IMG/VR virus record: IMGVR_UViG_3300035158_000293
Location: 1 to 64,000 of that record
DNA length: 64,000 nt
Source: a virus
Strand: one strand, 5' to 3'
This document shows positions 38,992 to 48,331 of the stretch, piece by piece. The notes under the pieces are model-generated. The model was not told where the DNA came from and ran no database searches. It saw only the letters and a list, made by a program, of their open reading frames with translations. How positions within the stretch are numbered: position 1 is the first letter of the stretch; the number at the start of each line of letters is the position of its first letter. Both the position numbers and the translations under genes were made by a program.

Positions 38992-39409
38992 CGTTTTCTC
39001 CTTGGTCGGAACCACGTAACGCATCCCATATTCTCACCGCTTCCTCCTCAGAATATCGCCAAGACCCGGCTGCCCCGCAGCTACGACATTTCACTTGATA
39101 CCGCTCCTTGTCATGCGTGACGTATGTTTCAGAAGACAGGTCAGAAGACAGGCAAAAAGGGCACGGACCCGGCGTGTGCGGAAACTGAGGCAGAATCAGG
39201 TAGTGTGTGAATTTCCCTGTAACATCGGGAGGCACTTTGTGCCGGAATTCGAGCACCAGCATAGTTCTATCGACGGGATCGCGATAACCCACAATCGCAG
39301 GCCGTGGCACTTTATCCCACTCCGTGATCTCGCGCCATATACCTACGACATTTGGGTTGAATTCCAAGCCCCGCTGAGGGTTGTTTGTTTTTCGTTCCTC
39401 TGTCATCAA
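38984..39409 (-). CDS. Lar (restriction alleviation)-like zinc-finger protein
   Basis: PCPFC...YQVKCRSCGAAG...SEEEAVRIWD. Confidence 0.65.
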   Translation of the reverse strand: MMTEERKTNNPQRGLEFNPNVVGIWREITEWDKVPRPAIVGYRDPVDRTMLVLEFRHKVPPDVTGKFTHYLILPQFPHTPGPCPFCLSSDLSSETYVTHDKERYQVKCRSCGAAGSWRYSEEEAVRIWDALRGSDQGENDE

Positions 39410-39490
39410 ACTGTCTCCGCTTTGTGTGGTATACCAAGATAAACGACGGGTGTGTCGTCAGTTTACAACACACCCGCCTGTCCTCTCGTA

Positions 39491-39733
39491 CTACCCTCGG
39501 GGAATGTGAGACCCTTTCGTGCCGTGCAACGGGCAATTGTCATCCACCGCCGGGTAGCCGCGAGCCGTCAAACCAGAGCAGGTACACTCTCTAGGCTTCT
39601 CGGCCTCCCGCTTCGCTTTCCGCGCCTCCCGCTGATCTCCTGCGGATGCGCCGCAACTCGGGCAACCCATAAACCATGCGTCACGCTCGAGTCCCATACC
39701 GTAGAGCTTTCCGCACTTTGAACACTTCGCCAT
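39491..39733 (-). CDS. Small double-Zn-finger protein (family of three)
   Basis: MAKCSKCG.LYG...CPSCG...CTC...CPLHG; AAGGAG SD. Confidence 0.7.
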   Translation of the reverse strand: MAKCSKCGKLYGMGLERDAWFMGCPSCGASAGDQREARKAKREAEKPRECTCSGLTARGYPAVDDNCPLHGTKGSHIPRG

Positions 39734-39784
39734 GTCAATCTCCTTCCAGCGCCCGCCAAGATTAAACCGTAGTCCCGCCCGTTC

Positions 39785-39964
39785 CTATTCTTCCTTCTCC
39801 TCTGTATCTTCCTCGCCTTCCTCGCCTTCCTCGCCCTGTTCCTGCATAAGGCGCGTGTAACAATAGGGGCAAAGCTGTGGAAACGCCGTATGCTTCCAAC
39901 CCTTCGGAACAATGCAGCCGAAACGCTTACCGCCTTCCAGACAATTCGGGTTTGCACAACGCAT
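39785..39964 (-). CDS. Small Zn-binding acidic protein
   Basis: CANPNC...CPYC; AAGGAGG SD. Confidence 0.55.
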   Translation of the reverse strand: MRCANPNCLEGGKRFGCIVPKGWKHTAFPQLCPYCYTRLMQEQGEEGEEGEEDTEEKEE

Positions 39965-40023
39965 GTTGCCCTCCTTACTCATTTTCCGAATACACGTCTA
40001 CGCTATCTTGAATTGCGGCACAC

Positions 40024-40365
40024 TCACACCTCTTCCTGCCGCAAATCAAAAACCTTAAAATGGCCGCTGTCGGGCATCGGGCAGTCAAAAAGCACCTCGC
40101 ACCGGAAGCGATATTCGTCCATGATCCCAAACGAGGAAAAAACCTCACCCCGAACGTCCAAAACAAGGTGCTCTTCACTACGCTCGACCTCGTGTTTTGG
40201 CTTTAGCTCGCAGTAATCGTTTCCAGCCTGAAACTGTTCTTGCAACCACTTCCCGTACACGAAGTTAGCGGCCTCGTACACATCCGTGACGCCCTTCACG
40301 TAGTACAGATGGAAAGTGTCGTACTCACCGTATTGCCCCTCGCGCACTTTGAATAGACAGTTCAT
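40024..40365 (-). CDS. Hypothetical protein
   Basis: Start moved to MNCLFK (GGAGG SD). Confidence 0.6.
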   Translation of the reverse strand: MNCLFKVREGQYGEYDTFHLYYVKGVTDVYEAANFVYGKWLQEQFQAGNDYCELKPKHEVERSEEHLVLDVRGEVFSSFGIMDEYRFRCEVLFDCPMPDSGHFKVFDLRQEEV

Positions 40366-40520
40366 TCCAACTCCTCCGGTTTTAATTGTGGTCGCAAGGG
40401 AACCCATTTGGTTTGTTTGCAGGCGATACATTTCATCTGTATCTCTGCCCCTTGTTTTGTCGTCCTCACTTTCCCGTTACTTGCCATCACGTTGTGGCAC
40501 TTCGAGCATGTTAGCACCAT
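40362..40520 (-). CDS. 52-aa Zn-ribbon protein (below ORF-track cutoff)
   Basis: Manual translation MVLTCSKCHNVM...MKCIACKQTKWVPLRPQLKPEELE; GGAG SD and ATGA overlap. Confidence 0.6.
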   Translation of the reverse strand: MVLTCSKCHNVMASNGKVRTTKQGAEIQMKCIACKQTKWVPLRPQLKPEELE

Positions 40521-40522
40521 GA

Positions 40523-40762
40523 CTACTCCTCCTCGGGTTTTGGGACACCTCGCGCTCTTCGCAACCGATCTGTCTGCGGGTTTGCAATTACAAAGTCGTC
40601 AGGCACTCTGTGGATTGTCACCTGTGTCTCGTCGGGGGAGGGTTGATTGGGGAGGCGTCTTTCTAAAATGCTCTCGTGGTCACTCGTAACGTAAACGAGC
40701 ATCCTTGGATTTAGGAACATGTGCCGCTTCCCTTTGCTGTCCTCAACTGCTACCATCTTCAT
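40523..40762 (-). CDS. Hypothetical protein
   Basis: Start moved to MKMVAV; ATGA overlap. Confidence 0.6.
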   Translation of the reverse strand: MKMVAVEDSKGKRHMFLNPRMLVYVTSDHESILERRLPNQPSPDETQVTIHRVPDDFVIANPQTDRLRRARGVPKPEEE

Positions 40763-41229
40763 TTGTCGTCCTCCATGTACGTAAAAGTCAAACCCAACTC
40801 TCTTGCCAATTTGATCTCCCGCACCATCTGTTCGGTCATGTACCGGCCTTCGAGAGGCACGGTGCAAGCGTCGGTGGGTTCGGTGGCGTGTCCGTAAATC
40901 CACACCGCCGGAGGGTTACAACTCTCGCGCCCAGCCAACGGGCACGCACTACACACCCCGTCGCAACCCTTGAAAACCTCACCCGCACATGCCACCATGC
41001 GGAGCAGGTGTTCACTTATGCGTAGGCCAGCTTCCCGGTCCCTCGGGACGGTGCTGTCAAGGCACTTCCCAAACGTAAACAATTGGGGAGCAACCGGTAT
41101 ACATCCGGCGTCGATGACTTCGCGCACGGCAGAGCTGAATACACTCAAATGCGTATAAAAGCGTGCAATCCGCTCAGGATTCGTGCATTCACCCTCTGAC
41201 ACCGGGCTTATTATGTAGACGTATCTCAT
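40759..41229 (-). CDS. DUF4406 / nucleoside-deoxyribosyltransferase-like protein, copy 1
   Basis: YVYIISP...G.IPVAPQL...LD...DREAGL...WIYG...MVREIKLARELG. Confidence 0.65.
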   Translation of the reverse strand: MRYVYIISPVSEGECTNPERIARFYTHLSVFSSAVREVIDAGCIPVAPQLFTFGKCLDSTVPRDREAGLRISEHLLRMVACAGEVFKGCDGVCSACPLAGRESCNPPAVWIYGHATEPTDACTVPLEGRYMTEQMVREIKLARELGLTFTYMEDDK

Positions 41230-42212
41230 ATGTCACCATCCCTTTCAATGGTCCACTTGCGGACTACTTGCCTCCGCCAATAAGGTTCATCCCTCTGGTC
41301 CTTAATCGTTATGGTGTCACTCTCCCGCTCAATGAGCCACTCGCGGAGTTTTTGTTGCTGCCACCGGAGTTCGTCTTCTTGGTTCGCGAGCGGCATAGCC
41401 ATCCGAGCGTAATCTGCGGCCTCAACAAGACAAGGGTGAGCAGCGGCGTAGTTACCAGACGAAGAACGACGTTCAACGCCTTTGGCCTCTTGGCAAGCCT
41501 GTGTTATAAACGGGTGATATACCCCAAAAAACAATGCCCTATCCGCAAAAGCCTCTGCCAGTTCGGTAAGTCTGTCAAGCCCGATTCTAAGCTCGCGGAT
41601 CATCCGAAGGGTATCCATAAAAGGCAACTCCGCAAGCACACGAAAATTGACTCGCTTGCGCCCTGCGAAGAGCTTGTCTACCCTCTCCTTGGGGTAATGA
41701 TCGAGTAGCGTTTCTCGTGTAACGCCCCTCCGTCGCCCTTCCCTCTTCATGAGCCACTCGCGAAGTTTTTGCTTCAACCACTCACGCTCTGCCGCCACAA
41801 CGTCTTCGACAGCGGGATTAGCAACGCTTAACTCGCGCCGCCTTCTAGGGCAATTAATCGCAGAAGCCACGACACGATTGGCGGACCTCATAACTATACG
41901 ACGCACATCGGATATTGATGCGTTGTGGGCGTCGTAGAGGCAGTCTTCTGCAATGGTGGGGCTGTACAGGCCCCCATCCCGCGTTGGACACCCGCGCTCT
42001 GCGATGTCCCTTACTAATTTCCACAGATGATCAAGGCCGATTCTGAGTTCGCAGATGAACCAGATGGCATCTTCAAAGGGCAGGTCTGCGAGCGTGCGCC
42101 AAGCTATTTTGGTGCGCCCTGCGAGAAACTTGTTTAGTTCCTCCGAAGTAAGGTTCCCCCGGTTTTCCATCAAAGTTTCACTACTAATGTACTTCACCCT
42201 TCTCACCTCCAT
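41226..42212 (-). CDS. Tandem double Imm5-like helical protein
   Basis: Two copies of the FLAGR..I..R.LA(D/E)LP...W.xQKLREWL module. Confidence 0.65.
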   Translation of the reverse strand: MEVRRVKYISSETLMENRGNLTSEELNKFLAGRTKIAWRTLADLPFEDAIWFICELRIGLDHLWKLVRDIAERGCPTRDGGLYSPTIAEDCLYDAHNASISDVRRIVMRSANRVVASAINCPRRRRELSVANPAVEDVVAAEREWLKQKLREWLMKREGRRRGVTRETLLDHYPKERVDKLFAGRKRVNFRVLAELPFMDTLRMIRELRIGLDRLTELAEAFADRALFFGVYHPFITQACQEAKGVERRSSSGNYAAAHPCLVEAADYARMAMPLANQEDELRWQQQKLREWLIERESDTITIKDQRDEPYWRRQVVRKWTIERDGDI

Positions 42213-42712
42213 TCAACATGCAGGCCCAGCTCCCGAGCCAGCTTGATCTCCCGCGCCATGCCTTCGGAGACATAACGCCCGTCGACCTCGATGGTTCTAG
42301 TGTCGGTGGGCTCGGTGACGTAGCCGTAGACCCACGCTTGGGGAGGCTTAACGGGGTTTTTTAGTTCACCCGGCGGACACAAACGATACAACCCCAAACA
42401 TTTATCAGTAGCCGGGTTTGCGGAAGCCACCAACCGCAGCATTCTAATCCCGACGCGCATGCCCATCTCCCTTTCCTCGGGGCTGTTGTCGTCGAGGTAG
42501 AGGCCAAACGCGAGCCAATGTGGGGCGATGGGGGCGTGACCGGCCTCTATGACCTCTCGGACGGCATCGCGGAAAATGAGCCTCCGCTCTCTTCTTTTTT
42601 GGGCTTCCCCGGAAATGATCACGCAGGGTAGCTCACAATCGTTCCACGCACTAGCAACGCGCGGTGTGTTATCTCCCGCTGACACCGGGCTGATAATATA
42701 GATGTATCGCAT
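42203..42712 (-). CDS. DUF4406 / nucleoside-deoxyribosyltransferase-like protein, copy 2
   Basis: YIYIISP...GHAPIAPH...LDDNSPEEREMG...VSEGMAREIKLARELG. Confidence 0.7.
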   Translation of the reverse strand: MRYIYIISPVSAGDNTPRVASAWNDCELPCVIISGEAQKRRERRLIFRDAVREVIEAGHAPIAPHWLAFGLYLDDNSPEEREMGMRVGIRMLRLVASANPATDKCLGLYRLCPPGELKNPVKPPQAWVYGYVTEPTDTRTIEVDGRYVSEGMAREIKLARELGLHVEWR

Positions 42713-42735
42713 TTAGTCGCCCTCCTCATGTAGTT

Positions 42736-43005
42736 TCATGCGTCCCTCTCAGCTTCGTCTCGACAATCCAAAAAGCCACCGTCCGCTTCCACGCCTGTAA
42801 ACTCATAAATCGCATACAGGCTGGAGGGACCGTCCGGTCCCATCACCCGCCCACCATCCTCACCGCGACGCATTACGGACATTTGGCCGCTATCGGCCTG
42901 CACGAATAGCCAAAGATTTTTAGGCCATGAGCGTCGCAACCTCTCCAACGCCCTGATCACCTTTGCCTCTTCCGTAGACAAATCAGACTTCGGAATTAGG
43001 AGCAT
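42736..43005 (-). CDS. Hypothetical protein
   Basis: Start moved to MLLIPK (AAGGAGG SD). Confidence 0.6.
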   Translation of the reverse strand: MLLIPKSDLSTEEAKVIRALERLRRSWPKNLWLFVQADSGQMSVMRRGEDGGRVMGPDGPSSLYAIYEFTGVEADGGFLDCRDEAERDA

Positions 43006-43270
43006 CGTCGCCCTCCTTCTTCGGTTGTGGAACCGTTCGATAACAGGAACACACACCCTCCGCAACGCACGCAAGACATCTCCTCTGCCCCTCTGCGCAC
43101 TCCCAGCGGTATACAGGCACGCATTTAGAAATATCGGTGTAGCATCCCATGAGGGCGTCAATACCGCACGCGCACCCGGCCTCTTTATGCGCCAGCCCGT
43201 CGAATCCGTTCTCGCGCAGGTACTTCTTGACGATGTCTTTCACCGTAATGTCAGCGTTCATCTTGTTCAC
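42983..43270 (-). CDS. Cys-rich NG(F/Y)DGL-family protein
   Basis: Paralog of the C-terminal part of 38425..38991. Confidence 0.65.
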   Translation of the reverse strand: MNKMNADITVKDIVKKYLRENGFDGLAHKEAGCACGIDALMGCYTDISKCVPVYRWECAEGQRRCLACVAEGVCSCYRTVPQPKKEGDDAPNSEV

Positions 43271-44480
43271 CCTCCTTCGGGACGGGTTTGTAACGGACTA
43301 CGTCCTTTCTAAAGACACGGTACGTGAAAATATCAGCTTCTCCCGGCTTGCGATAACACCCATTCAGGGATTTCGCGTCGAGGTCATCGTCAAAGTAGGC
43401 CCGGATAACCCGCCCGTCGGTCAACTCAAAATCGACCCTCTCTTCTTCCTCGACGTCCTCCGGCCAGCCCTCGACCCAACCGTCAGCGTCGGCATCGCTG
43501 GTGTCGCCCTCCTTCTTCGAAACGAACTTATGGCGAACGACATCTTCCTCGTAGATGACCGGGCTGAAGGCTTTCATGTTGCTATATGGCCGACAATAGT
43601 AGCCACTTGTTGTCGGTACTGCATCGAGGGCTCCATCGTCTTCGTCTTCGTCTTCGTCTTCGGCAATAATGGTACACCGAAGAACTTGTCCGTTGGTTAG
43701 CTCAAAGTCGAAGGTAGCACCCTCTTCGATCTCTATCGGATAGCCTTCGACCCAGCCGCCCGTGTCGTCCTCGCTGGTGTCGGGTGTCGCGATGGGCCGG
43801 TAACGGACTACATCGCCTTGGTAAATGCCAGACCAATGGTTTCCCTCCTGATCGGGGCGCTGATAGCGTTTTGTCGCGTATGTGTATCCGTCCCGAGTTT
43901 GGCACCCTCGAATGATCTGCCCATCGGTCAACTCGAACTCATACCAATCTCTCTCGTCGCGCCAGTCCACCTTTTCAGGGCGTGCCGGGTATCCCTCGAC
44001 CCATCCGTCGTCCTCGCTGGTGTCGGGCATCGTGATGCCTCGGTAACGGTTTACGTCGGGCTCAAGAAAACTCCCGTCTATTATGCCATCATCTTGGACG
44101 GCTACTGGCCGGACACCGACATCGCCATCGTCCTCGGTGTCATCGGGTGTGTTGGCTTCATCTCCACCAAAGCCACATCTTTCGGTAGTCCCGACAGCGC
44201 ACCCGGCCAGTTCTTGGCAAGTGAACCTACGCACAACACCAGCCTTAACCACCACGCATCCGAAAAACCTGCTTAAAGGCTGAACGAAGTGTGCCTGATC
44301 GCGCATTTCGCGCACGCTTGCCAAGCCTTCGTATGGCCGGTAAACCACACACAGACCGTCACTTTCGTCAAGGCAGATTGCTACAATTTGGTAAACCCCT
44401 CCTTTGTAATGCACCATGACCCTATTCTGATACGTCTTGTGGAGCTTGTCGGCCACTTTGTAAGCTGATTCATCGCTCAT
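43251..44480 (-). CDS. DUF1653-like N-terminus plus three WVEG(Y/W)P repeat modules
   Basis: HYKGGVYQIV...VVYRP...FVQPLSRFF; three copies of GWVEG.P...FELT(D/N)G...DVVR. Confidence 0.75.
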   Translation of the reverse strand: MSDESAYKVADKLHKTYQNRVMVHYKGGVYQIVAICLDESDGLCVVYRPYEGLASVREMRDQAHFVQPLSRFFGCVVVKAGVVRRFTCQELAGCAVGTTERCGFGGDEANTPDDTEDDGDVGVRPVAVQDDGIIDGSFLEPDVNRYRGITMPDTSEDDGWVEGYPARPEKVDWRDERDWYEFELTDGQIIRGCQTRDGYTYATKRYQRPDQEGNHWSGIYQGDVVRYRPIATPDTSEDDTGGWVEGYPIEIEEGATFDFELTNGQVLRCTIIAEDEDEDEDDGALDAVPTTSGYYCRPYSNMKAFSPVIYEEDVVRHKFVSKKEGDTSDADADGWVEGWPEDVEEEERVDFELTDGRVIRAYFDDDLDAKSLNGCYRKPGEADIFTYRVFRKDVVRYKPVPKEGEQDER

Positions 44481-44697
44481 GGTGTTTCTCCTTTACCTTC
44501 TTACTGTACTTTTTTGAGGGTCGGGGGTGTATCACACAGAACTCAACACATGCGATGTCCAGAACTTCACTACTAGGCGACGTGCAACACCCCTCGCCGG
44601 TGCGTTCATGTCGCATGAACATAGGGCAGGCTTCACAGCCCAACTTTCGGATGCGCCACTCAGGTAAAACCTTCATGTATGGCAGGTCTTGTAACAT
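44470..44697 (-). CDS. Small Cys-rich protein
   Basis: CEACPMF...C; GAGGA SD. Confidence 0.55.
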   Translation of the reverse strand: MLQDLPYMKVLPEWRIRKLGCEACPMFMRHERTGEGCCTSPSSEVLDIACVEFCVIHPRPSKKYSKKVKEKHHER

Positions 44698-44711
44698 CCT
44701 TAGTCCTCTTG

Positions 44712-45164
44712 CTATTCTATGTATATCGTTGGCTCTTTACAGTTTTCGAGCGCCCACCTTGCCCACCACCGCAACCAGTCGAGCCTAGCCTGATTGAATT
44801 TGTCTGTGGCTTTTGCCTCCTCGATACTACTAAGCAGTTCCTCGGTGATAATCACGCACTTGTCACCTCCATCGCACTCCAGAACCTCGATCCCGATGTC
44901 TCTGATAAAATTACCCCATGCGGGATACGATGGGTATATCTCATTGCTGTAGGTAGGCTCACAATTGAGGGGGTCGTGCTGCGAATGGGGAAACGCAGGG
45001 TGCTTCGTCGTGTCCATAGGGCAGGACGGGTCCAGCGTTCGCCCATCTTCTATGCGTTGAGCATGCCCCCAGCAAAGGCGTTGCTTGAAAACGGTATCTC
45101 CATCTCCTATAAGATCAGTGTCCTTCACGATTTCGTATTCTCCGACGGTTATTCTTGTTCCCAT
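44712..45164 (-). CDS. Hypothetical protein
   Basis: Start moved to MGTRIT (GGAGG SD). Confidence 0.65.
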   Translation of the reverse strand: MGTRITVGEYEIVKDTDLIGDGDTVFKQRLCWGHAQRIEDGRTLDPSCPMDTTKHPAFPHSQHDPLNCEPTYSNEIYPSYPAWGNFIRDIGIEVLECDGGDKCVIITEELLSSIEEAKATDKFNQARLDWLRWWARWALENCKEPTIYIE

Positions 45165-45216
45165 CTTAGTCCTCCTGTTCAGCCACCCGGTTGGAGGGTA
45201 GCACGTTCTGTTGCCC

Positions 45217-45438
45217 CTAAATCGATCTGACCCAGTACCTGATCCCGGTCTGTTTTTTCCAACACTTCTCGCAGATTCGAGGTTTACACACAACCTTGGA
45301 AGTATCTGTTTCCTCCACTACTACGGTGAGGTGTGACTTAGGGGGGCTATCCGTTTGCTGGGCCTCCCCGCACATTTCACACACCCACAGATAATAGGTG
45401 CGTTTTGTTTGGCCCTTGCCCTTCTGCTCGGTACCCAT
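45217..45438 (-). CDS. Small Zn-ribbon protein
   Basis: Start moved to MGTEQ; CEMC...CEKC; palindrome 20 nt upstream. Confidence 0.55.
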   Translation of the reverse strand: MGTEQKGKGQTKRTYYLWVCEMCGEAQQTDSPPKSHLTVVVEETDTSKVVCKPRICEKCWKKQTGIRYWVRSI

Positions 45439-45483
45439 TTGCCCTCTCGCGTTCACTTGACACAACGTCAAAAACTGGTGTAG

Positions 45484-45858
45484 TCAATCGTCCTCACGAT
45501 TTCGATACACACGCAAAAGCTCCTCGCACACCGCTTCGCCGAGCACTTTGCACGCATCGGGAAAGCGGCGCATCAACTCGATAGGTACATCGTCAAGACA
45601 GTCTTGGCCCGTGAGAAGGCCAAAAAGCACACGAGCACCGTCTTTCGAGGCACTCCACCCGATGATTCCGATGCCTTCGTCGAGGGTGCCGTCCGTGTAG
45701 ACGCTGACTGTGGCATAGGTGGCCGTATCACCATAATCGGGAAAGGTACCTGACACCTCGACATCGCCGGTGATCCGCTTCCCATCGAGTTCGGAAAACT
45801 CGATGCTGTCCTTGTTTACGTCTACCCCGAGGTTTTCAATTAACATTTCGACGTGCAT
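45484..45858 (-). CDS. Hypothetical protein
   Basis: Start moved to MHVEML (AAGGAG SD). Confidence 0.65.
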   Translation of the reverse strand: MHVEMLIENLGVDVNKDSIEFSELDGKRITGDVEVSGTFPDYGDTATYATVSVYTDGTLDEGIGIIGWSASKDGARVLFGLLTGQDCLDDVPIELMRRFPDACKVLGEAVCEELLRVYRNREDD

Positions 45859-45902
45859 GTTGTTCTCCTTATGTGTTGGCACTCGTAGTAGGCCGGTGCC
45901 TT

Positions 45903-46469
45903 TTAATCTTCCTCTCGCGCAATCAACCACTCGCGAAGGCGTTGCTTCTGCCACTCGAGTTCGGACTCGATTTCGGCTTCCTTAACAGCCTCTAAAGCAG
46001 CAAGAGAAGCGTGATACACGCAACTGGCTGTAGCGCGTGCCGTAACGATATTTGTCGTATCATCCCGGCACTCCACGAGAGCATCTGCGGCGTGCCGGGC
46101 AGCTACGCATACAGAGCCTTCTCCCTCTTTTGTATCAATGTTGTTGAGGGCATTTTGCGCTCGCGTGGCAGCAAAGTGAGCCTCGAAGCGGTCCTCCCCC
46201 CGTGCCGCCGCTACTGCCTCGTGAGGGGTGTTGTCATAGGGCCACAGGTGCAACACCCGCTCTGCGTAGTCGGCGGCCAAACCGGGCAGGTGCGCGACGC
46301 CGATTTTGAGATTGCCTATTAATCGCAGGGCTTCTGCCATCTGCAAGTCCGCCAACGACCGCAGAGCGATCCGGGTGCGTCCTGCAAGAAACTCGTCTAC
46401 AAGCTTCCTGACAAAATACCAGTACCCCTTGACTCCTGCCATCAACTGTTCTCGTGTGACGTACTTCAT
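45903..46469 (-). CDS. Imm5-like helical protein
   Basis: LAADYAERVLHLW...PHEAVAAAR...WQKQRLREWL. Confidence 0.7.
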   Translation of the reverse strand: MKYVTREQLMAGVKGYWYFVRKLVDEFLAGRTRIALRSLADLQMAEALRLIGNLKIGVAHLPGLAADYAERVLHLWPYDNTPHEAVAAARGEDRFEAHFAATRAQNALNNIDTKEGEGSVCVAARHAADALVECRDDTTNIVTARATASCVYHASLAALEAVKEAEIESELEWQKQRLREWLIAREED

Positions 46470-46750
46470 TTGTCCTCCAATGCGGGCGCAGTAAAATGCT
46501 TGTCGTAACGCAACGGCTTGTAAAAGTAAACCTTGTCTGCGTCATAAGGCTCCAAACCACGCGGGGTCGCCGCAAACCACCCTTCCTGTAGTTTGTGGAT
46601 TGTTACGAGCGTCCGCACACCCTGTGACTCTTTAAGGACAAGACACGCCTGATGTGAGGGGTTTGGGTTTAGGGGCAAGCGGTCTATAATCCAGCTTCCG
46701 CCCAAAACATAGAGCAGCTTCTCTAGCGGCAACTCAAATTCACTACACAT
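46466..46750 (-). CDS. Hypothetical protein
   Basis: ATGA overlap with the next gene. Confidence 0.5.
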   Translation of the reverse strand: MCSEFELPLEKLLYVLGGSWIIDRLPLNPNPSHQACLVLKESQGVRTLVTIHKLQEGWFAATPRGLEPYDADKVYFYKPLRYDKHFTAPALEDK

Positions 46751-47018
46751 CGCCTTTCTTCTCCTCAACAAGACGCTCGATAAGGCGGTGGCGGACAATG
46801 TCGACCACGCACACCTGCTTATAAAATATGCTGGATACTGCGCAACTCATGGAGATGCTATATCTGTCGTCTAAATCAAGCTCTCCCTGCTCGTTTGTAG
46901 TAACTGTAACGAGGAGCCCGTTGCGCAAATTACATTCAAATCGATCCCCCGGCTGTCTTTTCTTGGGGTAGCCTTCAATCCACCTATTCGGGTCGGTGTT
47001 GGGCGTGTTGCTGTTCAT
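46743..47018 (-). CDS. Single WIEGYP-module protein
   Basis: WIEGYP...FECNLRNG...DIVRHRLI. Confidence 0.65.
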   Translation of the reverse strand: MNSNTPNTDPNRWIEGYPKKRQPGDRFECNLRNGLLVTVTTNEQGELDLDDRYSISMSCAVSSIFYKQVCVVDIVRHRLIERLVEEKKGDV

Positions 47019-47030
47019 GTGTCTCTCCTA

Positions 47031-47327
47031 CTAGTCTGGTACACCGAAGGGTTCTAGGTCTTCAATTTGCACGGAACAAAATCCGCAATCGGGAACGTGG
47101 ATACGCACATTCCCCTCTTCGTGAATATCAGGACCGCACACTTTCACTATCCTTCTCTGATACTCTTGCAAACACTTTGGGGGGTTCTTTGATTTCAATA
47201 CTGCGTAACCGGACGGATACGCTTCTCGTATTGCTTTCCCGGCTTCCTCCATCCACGCATTTCGCGCTTCAGACGACATGCGGTATATCACGTCGAACGG
47301 TGTGTTGACTGCCTCTTCAAGTGTCAC
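47031..47327 (-). CDS. Hypothetical protein
   Basis: AAGGAGG SD upstream; fills the gap between neighbours. Confidence 0.55.
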   Translation of the reverse strand: MTLEEAVNTPFDVIYRMSSEARNAWMEEAGKAIREAYPSGYAVLKSKNPPKCLQEYQRRIVKVCGPDIHEEGNVRIHVPDCGFCSVQIEDLEPFGVPD

Positions 47328-47355
47328 GACTTACCCTCCTTGTGCCCTGTTTTGA

Positions 47356-47436
47356 CTACTTTCTCCACTCAACATCCAATCCCCACTTTTTTGCCAGTTC
47401 AATCTCCTGCGCCATACCTTCGGAGACGTACTTCAT
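47356..47436 (-). pseudogene. 26-aa remnant of a DUF4406-like gene
   Basis: MKYVSEGMAQEIELAKKWGLDVEWRK matches the C-terminus of 42203..42712 (YVSEGMAREIKLARELGLHVEWR). Confidence 0.75.
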
Positions 47437-48086
47437 TTGTCCGTCTCCCTCTCAATCAACCACTCGCGAAGGTGTTGCTTCTGCCACTCACGCTCTTTGC
47501 CTAGATCGCTGGCGTCGGTATTGGCGTCTAAATCGTAGGCACAGATGGCAGCCTCGGCAGCATTGGCAGTATCAAGAGCAGCCCCAAGATCAAGAGCAGC
47601 CCCAAGAAACGGGGTATCTGATGAATAAACAGTCTCGGCAACTTTAAGTGCATGGTCAACCGCCAAAGCAACACGCCAGATAGCCCTCGCACGTAGAGAG
47701 GTGGGATCGACGGCAAAATAGGATACATGATCACCATAGGAATAGGAAAAATAGGTAAGCGGCGCAGGCTCCTCGAGATAAGCTGAATAGGCTACATATG
47801 CGGCCTTCCCTTCCCGTATCACCGCAATTGCCTTATGAGGGCTCCTATCTTTGGGGAATCTCGTCTTCCAAAGATACAACACGCGCTCCGCAAAGTCTGC
47901 GGCCAGCGTAGGCAGGTGTTCGATCCCAATCCCGAATTTCCCAATTAACCACATAACGTCTCGCATAGGCAGGTCTACCAACGAACGCAAAGCAACCCTT
48001 GTACGCCCTGCGAGAAACTTGTCAATTCGCTCATGGTCAGAAAGGCTCATATGGGGCATGATTTGTGCTCGTGTGATATATTTCAC
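47433..48086 (-). CDS. Imm5-like helical protein
   Basis: LAADFAERVLYLW...PKDRSPHKAI...WQKQHLREWL. Confidence 0.7.
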   Translation of the reverse strand: MKYITRAQIMPHMSLSDHERIDKFLAGRTRVALRSLVDLPMRDVMWLIGKFGIGIEHLPTLAADFAERVLYLWKTRFPKDRSPHKAIAVIREGKAAYVAYSAYLEEPAPLTYFSYSYGDHVSYFAVDPTSLRARAIWRVALAVDHALKVAETVYSSDTPFLGAALDLGAALDTANAAEAAICAYDLDANTDASDLGKEREWQKQHLREWLIERETDK

Positions 48087-48331
48087 TAGTCTCCCTCCTT
48101 AACTTCCCGCCACCGGACAATCGTTTTCGCTGGAAGCCAACCCTCTTTCCCGAAAACGAAATAGCGACGTGGGGTATCTACAGAGACCCATACAAGAGGC
48201 ATCCAGTTACCTGCACGTCTCTCTAAAAAACAAGACTTAACCACGACACGCTCGCCGGTTTCGGTTTCTACTTCTATCAGGTCTTTGCGGCCCAATGGGG
48301 GCACTTCATACCATTCTGACTGATTACTCAT
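48086..48331 (-). CDS. Hypothetical protein
   Basis: Overlapping start/stop at both ends. Confidence 0.6.
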   Translation of the reverse strand: MSNQSEWYEVPPLGRKDLIEVETETGERVVVKSCFLERRAGNWMPLVWVSVDTPRRYFVFGKEGWLPAKTIVRWREVKEGD

